Below are positions 1-13,200 of a stretch of 64,000 bases of DNA, one piece after another. The DNA lies in assembly GCF_009834535.1 (NCBI RefSeq), contig NC_045697.1:80292001-80356000 (forward strand), written 5' to 3'. Both the position numbers and the translations under genes were made by a program. Source of the stretch: Camelus ferus (Eukaryota). A model generated the notes under the pieces. That model was not told where the DNA came from, did not search any database, and saw only the letters and a list, made by a program, of their open reading frames with translations. Numbering within the stretch: the first letter of the stretch is position 1; each line of letters opens with the position of its first letter.

Positions 1-1297
1 CTCAAAACTATAAAATTCCTGGAAGATAACATAAGAGAATGTCTAGATGCTCTTCTACATGGGGATGACTTTTAGATACATCAAAGGCATAGCCTGTGAA
101 AAAAAGAACTGATAAGGTGAACTTAATTTAAAGTAAAAACTTCTGCTCTGCAAAAGACACTGTCAAGAGAATGAGAAGACAGGTTACAGACTGGGAAAAA
201 AATACTTGCAAAGACATTTGATAAAGGACTGTTATCTAAGCTGTACAAAGAATTCTTAAAACTCAACCATAAGAAAATAAACAATCTGATTACAAAGTGG
301 GCAAGGGATTAGAAGGGATACCTCACCAAAGAAGATATGCAGGTGGCAAAGAAGCATATGAAAAGATGCTCCACATCATACATCATTGGACAATTGCAAA
401 TTAAATCAAGATACCACTACACATCTATTAGAGTGGCCAAAGTCCAAACCACTGACAACACTAAATGTCGACAGGATGTGGAGCAACAGGAACTCTCATT
501 CATTGGTGATAGTAATATAAAGTGATACAGCCACTTTAAAAAGACAGTTTAGCAGTTTCTCATAAAACTAACCACACTCACCATACAATCTAGTAATTGT
601 GCTTCTTGGTATTTATTTACCCAAAGGAATTGAAAACTTAAGTCCACACAAACACACGGATGTTCACAGCAGCTTTATTCACAATTGCCAAAATTTGGAT
701 GCAACCAAGATGTTCTTTAGTAGGTGAGTGGATAAACAAACTGTGGTTCATATAGAGAATTGAATATTCAGTGCTAAAAAGATATAACTATCAAGCCATG
801 AAAAAACATGAAGAAAATATAAATGTAAACAGCTACGGGGAAGAAGCCAATCTGAAAAGGTCACATAGTGTATTATTCCAACTATGACATTCTGGAAAAA
901 GCAAAACTCTAGCGACAGTAAAATGATTAGTTGTTTGCAGGGATTAGAGAGGAGGTTGAGATGAACAGTTGGAGTACAAAGGATTTTTAAGACAATGAAA
1001 TTATTCTGTTTGAAATACAATGGTGGATACATGTCATTATATACTTGTCAAAAGCCCAGTCAATGCATAATATCAAGAGTAAACACGAATGAACTCTGGG
1101 TGACAATGAAGCATCAATGCAAATCCACCAACTGCAACAAGTATATCACTGCGGTGTGGGAGTCAGCAGTGGTGAGGATGTGCATTTTGGGGAGAGGAGT
1201 ATGGGAATCCTCAGAACTTTCTGCTCAATTTTGCTCTAAACTCAAAACTGCTCTGAGAAAACTGAAGTTTATTAAAAGTATAAATTAAAAAAAAAAA
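1..1297 (+). mobile_element. Old L1 (L1MC1-like): degenerate ORF2 C-terminus, 3'UTR and A-tail; runs off the window start
   Basis: L1 ORF2-like text (aaaactataaaattcctggaagataacata; aaaagatgctccacatca; agcagctttattcacaattgccaaaa), an L1MC-type 3' end (ttctgctcaattttgctctaaactcaaaactgctct) and an A-run at ~1287-1297. Confidence 0.85.
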
Positions 1298-1823
1298 CAA
1301 CTGTTTCCTGAAGTCCTAAATTATACAACCATTTTTCCTAATTCATAAAGATAAATATGGGAATAGACAGAGTATCAAGCAATCCAAATTTATATTAAAG
1401 AATGAAAATGACTACAGTGAACAAATAAGTGAAACAGAAACAGACCCTCTGGAATTTAAGACAATTATCCCTGACAATATTCTAAAGAAGCCATTAGATA
1501 GTACTCATCTTGAATAGCCTCCTTCCTCCTGTAGGCTGTCAACTACAGAGTATTCATGAGACATAGTTATACCTTATGAGACAAGGTTACATCTTATCCC
1601 ACATAAACTGAAAGTGTCTATTAACATAAAAGAACTATGACATGTGTGGGTCAAAGGGTTGAGTTTGCCACCTTGGAGCAGTACCATAATACATGAGAAA
1701 AGTTGAGTGTTAATTTTGCCTTTCATTCAGAAAAGAATAAAAAGGATATGAGTATCTCTATCCCTGTCTATTAAAAGTACAGGATGTCATGATCATTTAA
1801 AAGGTTTTTTCTTAAAAATTATA

Positions 1824-2268
1824 CAGATATACCTCGGAGATACTGCAGGCTCAATTCCAGACCACCACAATAGAAGTGAATATCACAATAAAGCAAGTCA
1901 CAAGAATTTTTTGGTTTCCCAGTGCACATAACAGTTGTTTTTAGACCATACTATATTCTATTAAGTGTCCAAGAGCATTAGATCTTAAAAAAAGTACACA
2001 TCTTAATTAAAAAATACCTTATTGCTAAAAAATGCTAACCATTACCTGAGTCTTCAGCAAGACATCATCTTTTTTTCTGGTGGAGGGTTTTGAAATATTG
2101 GGAGAATTACCAAAATGTGATACAGAGATATGAAGTGAGCAAATGTTGTTGGAAAAAAATGGCACTGATAAACTTGCCCGATGCAGGGTTACCACAAACT
2201 TTCAATTTGTAAAAAATGCACTCTCTGAGACACACAATAAAGCAAAGTGCAATAAAACAGTATGCCTG
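1824..2268 (-). mobile_element. Tigger1 internal-deletion derivative (TcMar-Tigger MITE)
   Basis: Both Tigger1 termini (cagatatacctcggagatactgcagg... and ...aataaaacagtatgcctg), with TA target duplications at 1822-1823 and 2269-2270. Confidence 0.85.
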
Positions 2269-2626
2269 TAACAGAATCATTACCATTTTATTAATTTGCC
2301 AACAAAGAGAACACTGAACTTGTTCAGGATAATCTTGTGAAACGTGTATTTTCCCAACAGTGAACTTCTACAGTTCTAGATTTATAGATTTCCAATATGA
2401 TGGACTATTAAATTCCTCTTTCACAATAGCCAAAGTGTTTAAAAACACAATTCTGTTTTTAAAAACAAATAAGAAATGCAGTATCTTTACAGCATCAGGA
2501 TTTCTTTGTTATTTAAAATATCCTCCATTTTAACTAAATTGATTGTTTCCTGTATATAAGTTGCTAACTAAAAGCAACATTTGTAGACTCAACTTTGTTC
2601 TAAAAACTATTTTCAGAGGGATTATA

Positions 2627-2922
2627 CAGTCATCCCTTGGCACCCTTTGGGGACTGGTCCTAGGATCCTCAGCAGATACCAAAGTCCCTTATATAAAATG
2701 GTACAGTATTTATAAATGACCTACACACATCCTCCCTTATACTTTAAACCATCTCTAGATTACTTACAATACCTAATACAACATAAAAGCTATGTAAATA
2801 GTTGTCAGCTACAGTAAATTCAAGTTTTGCTCTTTAGAACTTTGGAATTTCTCTCAAATATTTTCGATCTTTGTTTGGTTGAAATTGTGAATGTGAAAGA
2901 TGAAGATATAGAGGGCCAACTG
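2627..2922 (+). mobile_element. MER2/MER2B-like Tigger MITE
   Basis: TIRs cagtcatccct.../...agggccaactg, TA on both flanks, and a MER2-type core (tccttatataaaatgg; atctctagattacttacaatacctaataca). Confidence 0.8.
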
Positions 2923-4524
2923 TACCTTTTTACTTTTTTTATTCCTACGAACATCTTATATACTTCCGAGATTTACTATCTTCTACCTGGATGTTAGTGC
3001 AGCCAACTTCTAAGTGGGTTCTCCGCCTCCAATCTAATTTCTCTTTTCTTCAAGCTGTGTACACAGCAAAAATACTATGGCACAAATCATCCTTTACTGT
3101 AATTACTGACTTTTTCTATCTCTCTTTACAGGAGATTAACCTAGAGACTTGTACTCAAGTAGTGTTTTACTACAGTAAATAGTCTTCAAACCTGTGCTTT
3201 CACATTTTGATCTGAGTGTAAAATTATTTTTGCTCTGTTTGTTATATACACTGTTACAGTGATGTAAATCAAAGGAAATATTACACTTCTGAGGTTTTAA
3301 GAAGGATAAAATTTGCTGCAAATAATAGGCAGAAGGTATTCAGAAAAATCAAACTAGCCTTCCACCCTCTAAAAGACTGAACAGTCACTGGAATACGTCT
3401 GCCTTGTGAAATAAAAGAGAGTATTATCAGCATAATAGAAGAATTTTACCAAATTACCATAAAGATGGCCAAGTGACTAGGGCACACATCAGATGTTTTC
3501 ACAGATACCATGAAACTTGTTATGTTATATCTGTGTGTATTTTGTAAATGCTGCTGACCTGTTGGTTACATAACCAAACATTCTGGTAGGTGAAATAATG
3601 TCATAACATAACAAGTGGGAAACTGCTTTTCATTCTTTTGAAGACAAAAATGGTCATTCACCTTCCCTTCAATCTGCAGCCCCTGGTACAGAGTAAGTAC
3701 ATACTGAGTGTATGTTTGGTGAATGAAGAAACATTCCCCAGGACATAATTATGCCTGCCTCAGCTTCAGTCCGGTCCTTCCCACTGGGTGTCCTGATCTC
3801 TGCAACTAAATGAATGTTGGCTTGCTCTCCCAAACCCCTGGGTAACTTACAGTGTTCACCACATTATGCCTATACCATAGACATTCTGAAGCCACCTAAT
3901 CCCCTTTCTCAACTACAGTCTTTGAAAAAGGGTGGTGTCTGACTTATCCGTTAGTCCCATTATTACCAATAAAACTATCAGCTGCCCAGTCCAAGGGGTG
4001 TAGTCTGAAAAAGTATTTTCAGTATTATAACTTCAAATTTGCAAAAATGAAAAACATACATGGTTTCCTAACAGTAATTACAGAAACATGCAACTTGACC
4101 AGGCTTTCTGGTTGGTACAAAAATGGTAAACTGGGGCGGGGGAAGCACATCAGATTCTCTCAGAGTATGCCTGTTTGAATTTATCAAAATGGGACACTTA
4201 TTTTAAAACGTCCAGAAAGACTGCTTTCCCCCAATGCCAAAGCATTAGGCAAAGTGTCTTGCTTTCAGTAGGCACCTATCTTATATTTGATGAATAACAT
4301 TTCTTATCTGGGGACAAAAACGCAAGCACTTTAAGACAGAGAAAAAAATACTTCACATACAAAGATGAGTCTTTACTAAAAGTGTTATTTTTAAAGATGT
4401 AATGATGGCAATTTTCTCTATAGTTTAGAATCGTAAGAAATTTTCTAATATTTAAAAATGGCATCAGGAGTCCTAATAATTCTACCAGAAATCTCAAATT
4501 GATGAGAACAACATCCTGGCCTCA

Positions 4525-4695
4525 CAGACTAGAAAAGAACTTGAGAGATGTCTAACACATTTTTCATTTGGTCCCACAGCCTCATTCTATAAGAAAAATA
4601 AGGCTTACAGAACGGATAATGTTAAGTATTTAGCCCTGGGTAGCTTTGAGACTGAAACTTGAATCTTTTCATTCTGGGTCAGCACTCTTTCCAAT
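4525..4695 (-). mobile_element. MIR/MIR3 fragment
   Basis: Degenerate antisense MIR core (cctcattctataagaaaaataaggcttacaga...cagcactctttcca). Confidence 0.45.
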
Positions 4696-6303
4696 AAACC
4701 TTAATCTAATCTGTCTACTTTAGTTCCCTGTTGAAATTACCAAAATTCAACCCAAGTGTTATTCTCTTACACATTTACTTAGAGTGATATTTCTATACCT
4801 CATTGCATGTTTTCACCTAACATGCACATAATACATATTTGTGACGTACAGTTCCAGGAATATACATGTCACATTCAGATGACTGCCCTTGTCAAGGCCT
4901 TATTTCCCATCAGTCCCAGAAATTCCCTAAGGACAACAGCTCTGCCTTTAGGCCTCTCTTTTGTGGACTACAATTTCAGCTCCATTACTTCACTGTCTTA
5001 TCTTCCCTTAGGTTTCAGATAAATCCACATCTCTTGCCTCTCAGAGTTGCTGAGGTATGCCTGAAAACCCTGCTAGGCACAGATCTTGAGGAAGATGGTT
5101 CTAAAAAAGCAGGCAGTTCAATATATGCTGTGACGATATATTTGCTTTTATGCAGGGCTTTCCCACTGATTCCTGAGTCTATTTGCAAAATTGACTACTA
5201 ATGCTTTGTAGTTGGTGGCAGTAGAGAGATACTTGAATAAAAAATATAAATTAAAAATAGCAAGAAGAAACTATTTTTCTCATAGAATTCACTGGCCCCT
5301 TCTGTTTTGCTTTTTAGAAAGGGAAAAGTATTCCTTTAGAAGAAGACTCAACACACCTATAAAAATAGAACTTCCCGTTAGTTTCTGAATAGCTGACATT
5401 CCACAGGAAGTATGCACATGTACCACACTGCCAAAACCATCATCAAAAGGACAAACACAGAGAACATTCCTTCTTTAGGAATTCAAGTAGTTATTTTATC
5501 TTGGAACTGATTGGCTAAGTGACTTCCAATTTTTCTGTATGAGTACTTCATTGATATCTTAAAGACCATACTTTTCTTAACTATGGTTAAAATATGCTTT
5601 TTCTAAAGCTACTTCCTTTTCCACTTTCTAGAATATTGCCACTACAATTAGATAATTTAGAGGAATTATTTATTTATATTTGTTATAATCTCTTTTTACT
5701 CATTGAAAATCTATACTTTCAACCATTGTTTTCCAATTGTCTCTAACGCTGGGTGCTTTGTTGGATTAGGTCTAAGTCGTTTATTGATCTCATTACTGGA
5801 AAAGCATTTTGATGAGAATTGCTGCTAACTCTCCTCTATACTTTTAAACATTAAAGAATAATTGCGAAGAGTCTGGTCTCTTCAATATATAAGTAGATAT
5901 TCAGTTGCCTGACACAACATATTTCATAGTACTGTGGTTCAAGTGTAAACGTCCACCTTCAGAAGTCTCTACATTTTGGTTTCAGAGACATTAATAACAC
6001 AAACACATATCATCGTTTCAGATATGACCCACTGCAACAGAAAATCTTATTTTGTTTTCACATGAACTGCTTTCATTATATGTTCTGCACCAAGTATTAA
6101 GTGCTGAAGAAAAAAATTATGCATTTTTAAAATGAACTTTATTCTAAACAATGTGATTCTTATAATTCCCTCCATTTAGTAAGGAAATCTTACTTTTATA
6201 GAAATCTATATAATTTAAACTAGATACTAAAAAACTTGATGACTGTGGAAATGTGTCATGGTATCCTTTTACATTTGATCTAACCCTGAATCACTTCTAG
6301 GGC

Positions 6304-6689
6304 TGAAGGGGATGAGAATCTGCCACGCCCAAACATGCCACTTTGGCATAGGAATTATTTGGAGATAAAGGCAATTGAGAATCAACAAATACAGGAAGAA
6401 GTCTCCACCCAACCCCCCTTAATCTGCCTAAAGCAAGACATAAACTTCCCTTTGAGTAAGGTATCTACTCCATGTACCCGGGAGAGAAGAGCAATCCTCA
6501 CCATCTGAGACACAGAGTTCACACCCTGAGTCTAACTGCTTCTTTCAGTTTCACTTATTTCCTGTAAACTCATGTGCACACAAATATTAAAAATGTTGTG
6601 CCTTTTCTCCTGTTAGTCTGCCTTTTCTCAGTTTAATGCACATGCCTCATGCACTGAACATAAGAGCATTGTTTTCCCTTCATTCCTAT
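6304..6689 (+). mobile_element. ERV1 solo LTR, MER34-like
   Basis: Starts TG. Contains atctgccacgcccaaacatgccactttggcataggaattattt...aaggcaattgaga, typical of MER34-family LTR 5' ends. Confidence 0.65.
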
Positions 6690-6699
6690 TGTAGAACCT

Positions 6700-7015
6700 T
6701 GGTTTATAAATCCAGGTTAGTCTAAGTCAATCCTGGCAATCCCATTCTCCTTGCCAGTGATTGGCAAGGGGTAGCATGTGACCTAGTCCTGGCCAATGAG
6801 ATGAAATGGGAGTAAATTTTTCATTCTAAAAAGAAATGAGACAGTATCTTCCACTCTAAATTAACATGTCTACATGTAATAATGTGAACCATGCCAGTCT
6901 GAGAACAAAGCCAATGAGCTGGGGTAAAAGACAGGAGTTTGATGATGTTGCTGAAACCCTGAATTAACCAGCCTCAAGGATTCCTGAGTCTGCTTTTTAT
7001 AAGATAATAAGTTAC
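6700..7015 (+). mobile_element. ERVL LTR fragment, LTR16-like
   Basis: Contains catgtgacctagtcctggccaatgagat and ctgaattaaccagcc...agataataa. Confidence 0.5.
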
Positions 7016-7347
7016 AGATACTTTAAAAAAAATTCATTATGCTTATGCCAGCCATTTTTGTACCCCACGGTAAAACTGAGAACGATTTACGATATCATAG
7101 TGAATAATCCCAAAGGAAACAGACTCATATCTGTTTCACTTAGGAAGATTAACTTAAATTTTAAACAAACAGTGCTGAGTAGTCACCTCTTTTCAAAATA
7201 ATTAAGAGTTGAATGTCACTTGAAGAACATTTTAAAATATTACAGGGTCATTAATTTGGACTATTTATAACTCGAAGAAAAATCATGTTTAATTCAAAAT
7301 GGTCTTAAATAGATAGCAAAAATAGACACAAAGTGTGTTGTACTTAC

Positions 7348-7402
7348 AAATCAAACACCAAGTAATGGAAGCCCTCTTCTGATATGCTGTCATGAAGCCG
7401 CA
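7348..7402 (-). CDS. CAMK2D: CaMKII delta coding exon 4 (55 bp, phase 1/2)
   Basis: Minus strand reads ...tttttcag|TG CGG CTT CAT GAC AGC ATA TCA GAA GAG GGC TTC CAT TAC TTG GTG TTT GAT TT|gtaagt, giving (V)RLHDSISEEGFHYLVFD(L). It joins exon 3 in frame (G|TG = Val). FHYLVF excludes CAMK2A, which has HHYLIF. Confidence 0.93.
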
Positions 7403-7405
7403 CTG

Positions 7406-7486
7406 AAAAAAAAAAAAAAAAAGAAGAAGAAGAAGAAAGAAAGAAAGAAGGAAAAAGGAAAGAAAAGAGGGAAAAAAAGAAGAAAA
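7406..7486. repeat. Pure purine tract (A)n(AAG)n(AAAG)n, the polypyrimidine tract of the exon 4 acceptor
   Basis: About 81 nt with only A and G on the + strand, directly next to the acceptor. Confidence 0.9.
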
Positions 7487-7607
7487 TTTGTGTTATATGT
7501 ATGCCAATGATCAACATTAAGCCAGACTTTTAATAGGCATCTGTCTCCTAAATTAAAACGTTAGCATCACTATTTTAGCCTCTGATGAGTCAGCATCCTT
7601 TACAGCA

Positions 7608-7790
7608 GGGCTGGGGTTCAGACAGACCCAAGGTTTAGGTTCTAGTCTTGGTAATTATTAACTGTGTGATCGTAAGCAAAGTAATTAATTTGTAATCATA
7701 AGAGGACCTACACTTTATAAAATGGTTGAGAAGATTAAATAAGACAATAAAAGTAAAATAATTTGCATGTTGCCACATGAAAATGAAATG
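7608..7790 (+). mobile_element. MIR fragment
   Basis: Contains cagacagaccc...aactgtgtgatcgtaagcaaagtaattaa...ggttgagaagattaaataaga. Confidence 0.6.
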
Positions 7791-10700
7791 TTAATAACTG
7801 CCTTACTATATATCTCTGTATGTCCAAAATTACCAGGTTCTAGCAAGTCTTCCACTGAGAGTCTCTTCTTTGCCATTCCCTTTGCTATTATCATAGTCCA
7901 GGTCTTTAAGAGTCTAGTAAATAGTCTCCCTGCCTCTGCTCCCTCTTTTTTCTAGGGAATTTCTGCATAGCTCTCCCTGAGCAACCCGTCAAAACAGTTT
8001 ATATTATGCTACTTCTAAACTCAAGTCACCAAAATCCATTTACCAAGTCATCAGCCAGAAACGTACAGCTAGAACTTTCAGTAAAATAATCTACTAGTTC
8101 TTCAAATTAATACTACTTTAAATTTTCCAGTAAGCTAAACATTCAGTGATAACTAGCCAAAACCAATGTTTCTCCCTTCTGAATTTCAAATACTCATTGT
8201 CTGCTATAAAATAACTACACACGTAAAACTTACATTTTTTCCTGCTATTTATTTTTGCATAAGTCTCCTGCCTCCCCCAACTCACCCCCATAGATGGTAA
8301 ACTCAATTTATCCAATTGTTTAGGGTGGCTTAGCCTTCACTGGGAGCAACAGAGGGCAGAAAAGCAACAAACTCATAGGGCACAAATGCTTTTGAAGTCA
8401 CCACAAAAGGATGATTTCTACTAAGACCTGTCCTTAGTATGTTCCCCATGCAGTGATGACCACCATATTGAAAATGTGGATTCAAAAGAACACTTAGATT
8501 CTCACACACACTACAATAATCTACAAAGGGAGTTTGCAGTACCCACGAAATTCCCAAGTTCATGGACTTAACAGAATGTCCATTCTTTACAATTCAATTC
8601 CAACCCCTTCAGATAGCATCCTGGGCCCACTATGAAAGTTTTTTCTCAAACCGTCTCCAGAAATTTCTCCAAAGTAGAGAAAGTGAGGCTTTTGATTCAT
8701 TCTTAATTGTAGATTATCATCTGTAAAATGTGGATTTCCTGTTATCATTAACATAAGAAGGGGGGCCCATAATGCGGCAACTGGGCATGTGGTGAGCGCA
8801 GCTCAGTCTCAGCCCCTCTGTCTCCTGAGTTCATGGAACGCAAACACACTGGCAGCTTCCTTCTCATCTTGTTTGTTTCTCATAGTGTCACCCTTGAATT
8901 CAGTTTATTTTTTTTAATTAGCTAGCTCTAATGCCTATCTTTTCTTCAGTACACAGAATTTCTTTCTCATCAATGCTACAAAACAGAAACTGTATTTCAT
9001 AAGTCTTTGCATCCCTCACAGAGGCTTCAGCACATAGTAGAGGTCTTTCATGAAGTCGGTTTTGAGCATTAAGTGTTAGGCACTCTTTTAGCTTTTTGGA
9101 CAGACATTTTCATCAAAGCTCAGTATACCTGTATGTGTCTGAAATAAAACCATTGATGTGCAAACAATTCTACTATAACTGTAACTGTGTGAAAAATAAT
9201 CTTCAATTTGCCAATATCAGAGATCACATGCTTCATCCATGAATTCAAGGGTGACACTAAAGATGAAGAGAGGGAGACGGCTGTGTTCTTACATTTCATG
9301 TGTTTCATTTGCCTGCTACCTCTGTTTAAACTTATGCTGCCAAAGAACATCAAAAGTTTAGCTCAGTGATGAGTCTTCTGCCCACAGTCGTTCAGCACAG
9401 GAAGGAAAGCTAGATCATGGATGATAACTCAGTGGCTTTCTTGAATGACACCATCTCACAGATACCAAATGAGCAGCTGTCACACAATCTGTGTTTAAAT
9501 GACTTCAAATAACTGGTATGGCTACTTAGAGAATTCAGACAATCTGTGAAAATAAGGTGAATTTCCATGCTATCAAAGTTTAAATGAAAAGTAAAAATTA
9601 CAATGTGAGCAGAAGTGGCCACTTTCTTCTATTATGTCAAGGTAAAATCTGCAAGTGGAGGTGGGATCTCAGGTTTTCAGATCGAAGAGTTGAAGAGCTA
9701 AATAGAGGTGGAAATTTCAGGTCCAAGTGAGGAAGCAATGGCTAATTTCTGGTTATACCAGGGATAAAATTTTCTTAGTATGATTACCACTATCTTATTA
9801 ATAGTTGGAAATAATCATTTGGAAGTAAGTTATTTTTTGAGTAAGTCAAGAAGTGCTCAGATGCAAGCCTGATGATCAAATGTATGATACTGTTCCGGGT
9901 CAAAACCAGTTTGAAAGCAATTTGCCAGCAAGCACATGATAATGGTTAAAGCTAAACCATTTGACCAAGTTCAATCATATTGCATTACACAATTCTAAAA
10001 TAATCTCCACTTTCTCTAACCTGCCATTTGCTCAGGTGAAGTTAATTCTGAATGAATTCTGTTACTGATACAGCAGAAAAACGCTAGCATCATCTTTACT
10101 TGGGATAAAGATGTACTCGTTTCCTTCCTTCCTTCATGAGCTTCCCTATTTCCTTTCACTCTAAAAAAAAAAAAAAACAAAAAAAAACAAAAAACTAAAA
10201 ATACAAAACTAAATGAAATTATACAATTTTCATTTATTAAGCAAACCATGTAATATAGTCTTCACATGGATGTTTTACATATGAACAATTACACTGAGGA
10301 TGGGCTTGTTTCCTTTGAAAACTTTAAACTCTTTAATTTTTATTCTTATATTATTGATGATATGTTTATAGAGTCTGGGAAACAGTGTCTTACCCAGTCA
10401 CAGATACTATCTATTTCTCTCAAGCCTTCTCCACTGGTCAACAGTATCCATCTTTCATCCTTTTTTCCCTTTTCAATACTTCGTCATGGGCTGAAAATTG
10501 TGTTTACTTTTACGAAAACTTACATTAATCATTCTCCATAAAAACTCAATTCATTTTCACACCAGAGGCTTTACAGGATGTTCTGTTCACCACAGCTGTC
10601 AGCCTCATACTGACTGCGTGGCCAGGCTCGAGAGCATGGGGGCTGCACCACGTTCTCATTGTGACTGCTCCCTGCTACCTCCATAAGCTGCACATATGGG

Positions 10701-13026
10701 AGCACACAATTAACCTAATTACAGTTGCCCCCAAGATGCTTTCAGAAAGAAATTTTAAAGAAGATAATGGGAAAAGCATTTGAGAAAACAGGTTATAATC
10801 CATCTTGGCAGTCATTCTTCTCTGCAATTTGCTCAAAGGTAGTATCAAGTCTATCAATAAATAAATTTTCATAAACTGAAACAGCATGAGTTATCTAGAA
10901 TAAAAATTTAAATTCTAAGGCATTAAGCATGAGATTTATAAGAGGGAAAAAGCTGCTTCTGAAGCTAAAATATTTCCAAAGTTTAGTTGACCCTAGGCCT
11001 AATCGTTTTCCTCTCTCTCTTGAATGACAGTCTCAATCTCTGAAACTGAACATGGTGAGGCAATGCTGCCAAAGTTATCATAACAGTAACAGAGTATTCA
11101 TACAAAACAGATTGTACACTACATCCTCATAATCAGTTTGTCAGCTCTGAGCAATAGCTGTGGTTATAAATGAGGTAGATTTTGCATTTTTAGGTTTGCT
11201 GTGGTGCAAGGATTGAAGTAGTTGGATTTGATTCACATACTTGGATGCAAAAATGGCAGCTTGTAAGTCAGATACTTTTATATTCTCATCAGCAGTTAAT
11301 TATATTTCACAGCTAGAGCAAGCACTAGCCAAGTCAGGCCATGCACTATGCCAAGCCTTCTCACAACAGGGATGCCAACATTGAGTTCATCTGTTAATTT
11401 AAAATATATATATATTTACTAGTCTCAGACGTATAACAGTCAAATGGCACCATTCTAGGCAGGAATTTCAGCTCAACCAGTACTCAGCTCTTTTGTGACA
11501 AAGCTGGTCACTTCTAGAGAGAAAACTTTTCAAATAGAAAACACAGAAGCACTGAAAACCAAATTCAAAATAAAACTATCATTTCTAGAAAACTAAAGGC
11601 AAATTTGCACGTATGATTTGATTTTTTTATCTCTGTTTCTTATTACACAAGTAATACATTTAATAAAACAACACCATTTTTAAAATCTCCCCAGTAAAAA
11701 AATACTAATTTAGGTTGTGTGTATTTGTGTACACTATTTCTTTGTAATATGAATCTCTGAATATATATTGTTCATTTTATTTTAAATTGAGTAGAAAGAT
11801 AAGCAGATAAAGCTAGGTATATATAGTCATTGTTGTCAAAGTCAATAGTCTTGTAGCATTTATTCTTCGATTTTCTTTACTTGTCTTAAAAAACACTTTT
11901 ATAATTTGGGCATAAAATATTTGGGAATTTGACTTAGCTGTCTAAGTCAAATAAATTGATCTGAACTGTTCTAATTTTAGATATTTGAACAAATAAATTT
12001 CTAAACTTGCATAAGAGATGTATTTTGACAATATATTTACTATGTATCCCATTAATAAATGACAAATAAGCCACTACTCAGTACTCAAAATTTAAAATAT
12101 CAGAAATCAAAAAATTGTTTTAATAAAATTTCAAATATTTTCCCTTAAGTGACCAGAAAATCTTTTTAAACTTTAAAAACTTTTAAATCTTTTAAAATCT
12201 TTTAAACATTAAATTATTTTTAAAAGCAATTCATTGCTTATACTTAAGAAAAAGGAATGAAAATTAATAACTTTTTGAAAAATTATATATATAATTATTA
12301 CATGAAAATTCAGTGGGGAATGCAATGCCATCCATGGTAATTTTAAAACTATTCCAAAAATACACACAAAAAAGACATTAGAACACAAGATCAGTTCTGA
12401 AGGTCAAAGCATATTCAACTCCGTTGAGCGTGATTTCCATCCTTATTCTCAAATTCCCACCCTATTTCCTGATTCCAGATTAAAAGTCAACTTTACATTA
12501 GCTTCAGTATCTACAGGATCAGGTTAGTAACATTCAGGACTGACAAGAAGGAATTATGATGTCGTCTAACAGTCCAGATCTAACTGCAAGCTCAAATTAT
12601 TCAAAGGGGCTTCTGGGTGGTCAACATACCTATCACTTGGAAGAATTACAATCTGGGAAGATGTTAGAAAGTGAGGAGAAGTGACCAGTGAATGTGAACT
12701 ATACAGCTACCAGCTACACTGATCACGTGACACCAAAAGACTAGGAGGAAAAAATCAGTTCTTTTGCTTGAAAGAAAAAGTCATAAATGACTAAATACAG
12801 AATTTGAGATGGTTAATAAAATAGAAAAGTAAATGAACAGTTATTTTAATATCCTTTCCTGCTCATTTTTAATAAAAGTATGTATGTGAAAGAAAATAAC
12901 AGACATATTACTAAATCAAGTATAGTATCTAGAAATATTCTTTGTTTCCTTTGAAAAATAATTTGAGATTATCTTGTTGCATATTTTCACTTCTTGGAAA
13001 AATCAGTACTCATTTCAAGTTTCCTT

Positions 13027-13200
13027 AGATAAACAACATACTGCATAGCACAGGGAATCATACTCAACATCTTGTCATAACCTATAATAAAAAAATATGA
13101 AAATGAATATATGTATGTATATGTATGACTGAACTATTATGCTGTACACTAGAAATTGACACAACAGTGTAAACTGACTACACTTTAATAAAAAAAAAAA
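13027..13200 (+). mobile_element. 5'-truncated L1 3'UTR with poly(A)
   Basis: tactgcatagcacaggga...tatgactgaactattatgctgtacactagaaattgacacaacagtgtaaactgacta followed by an A-run. Similar to the L1 3' ends at 47.7-47.9 kb and 49.8-49.9 kb. Confidence 0.85.

Noticed and set aside
12159..12210. Degenerate (ttttaaaatc)-like tandem repeat
   Set aside because: Ordinary AT-rich slippage repeat.
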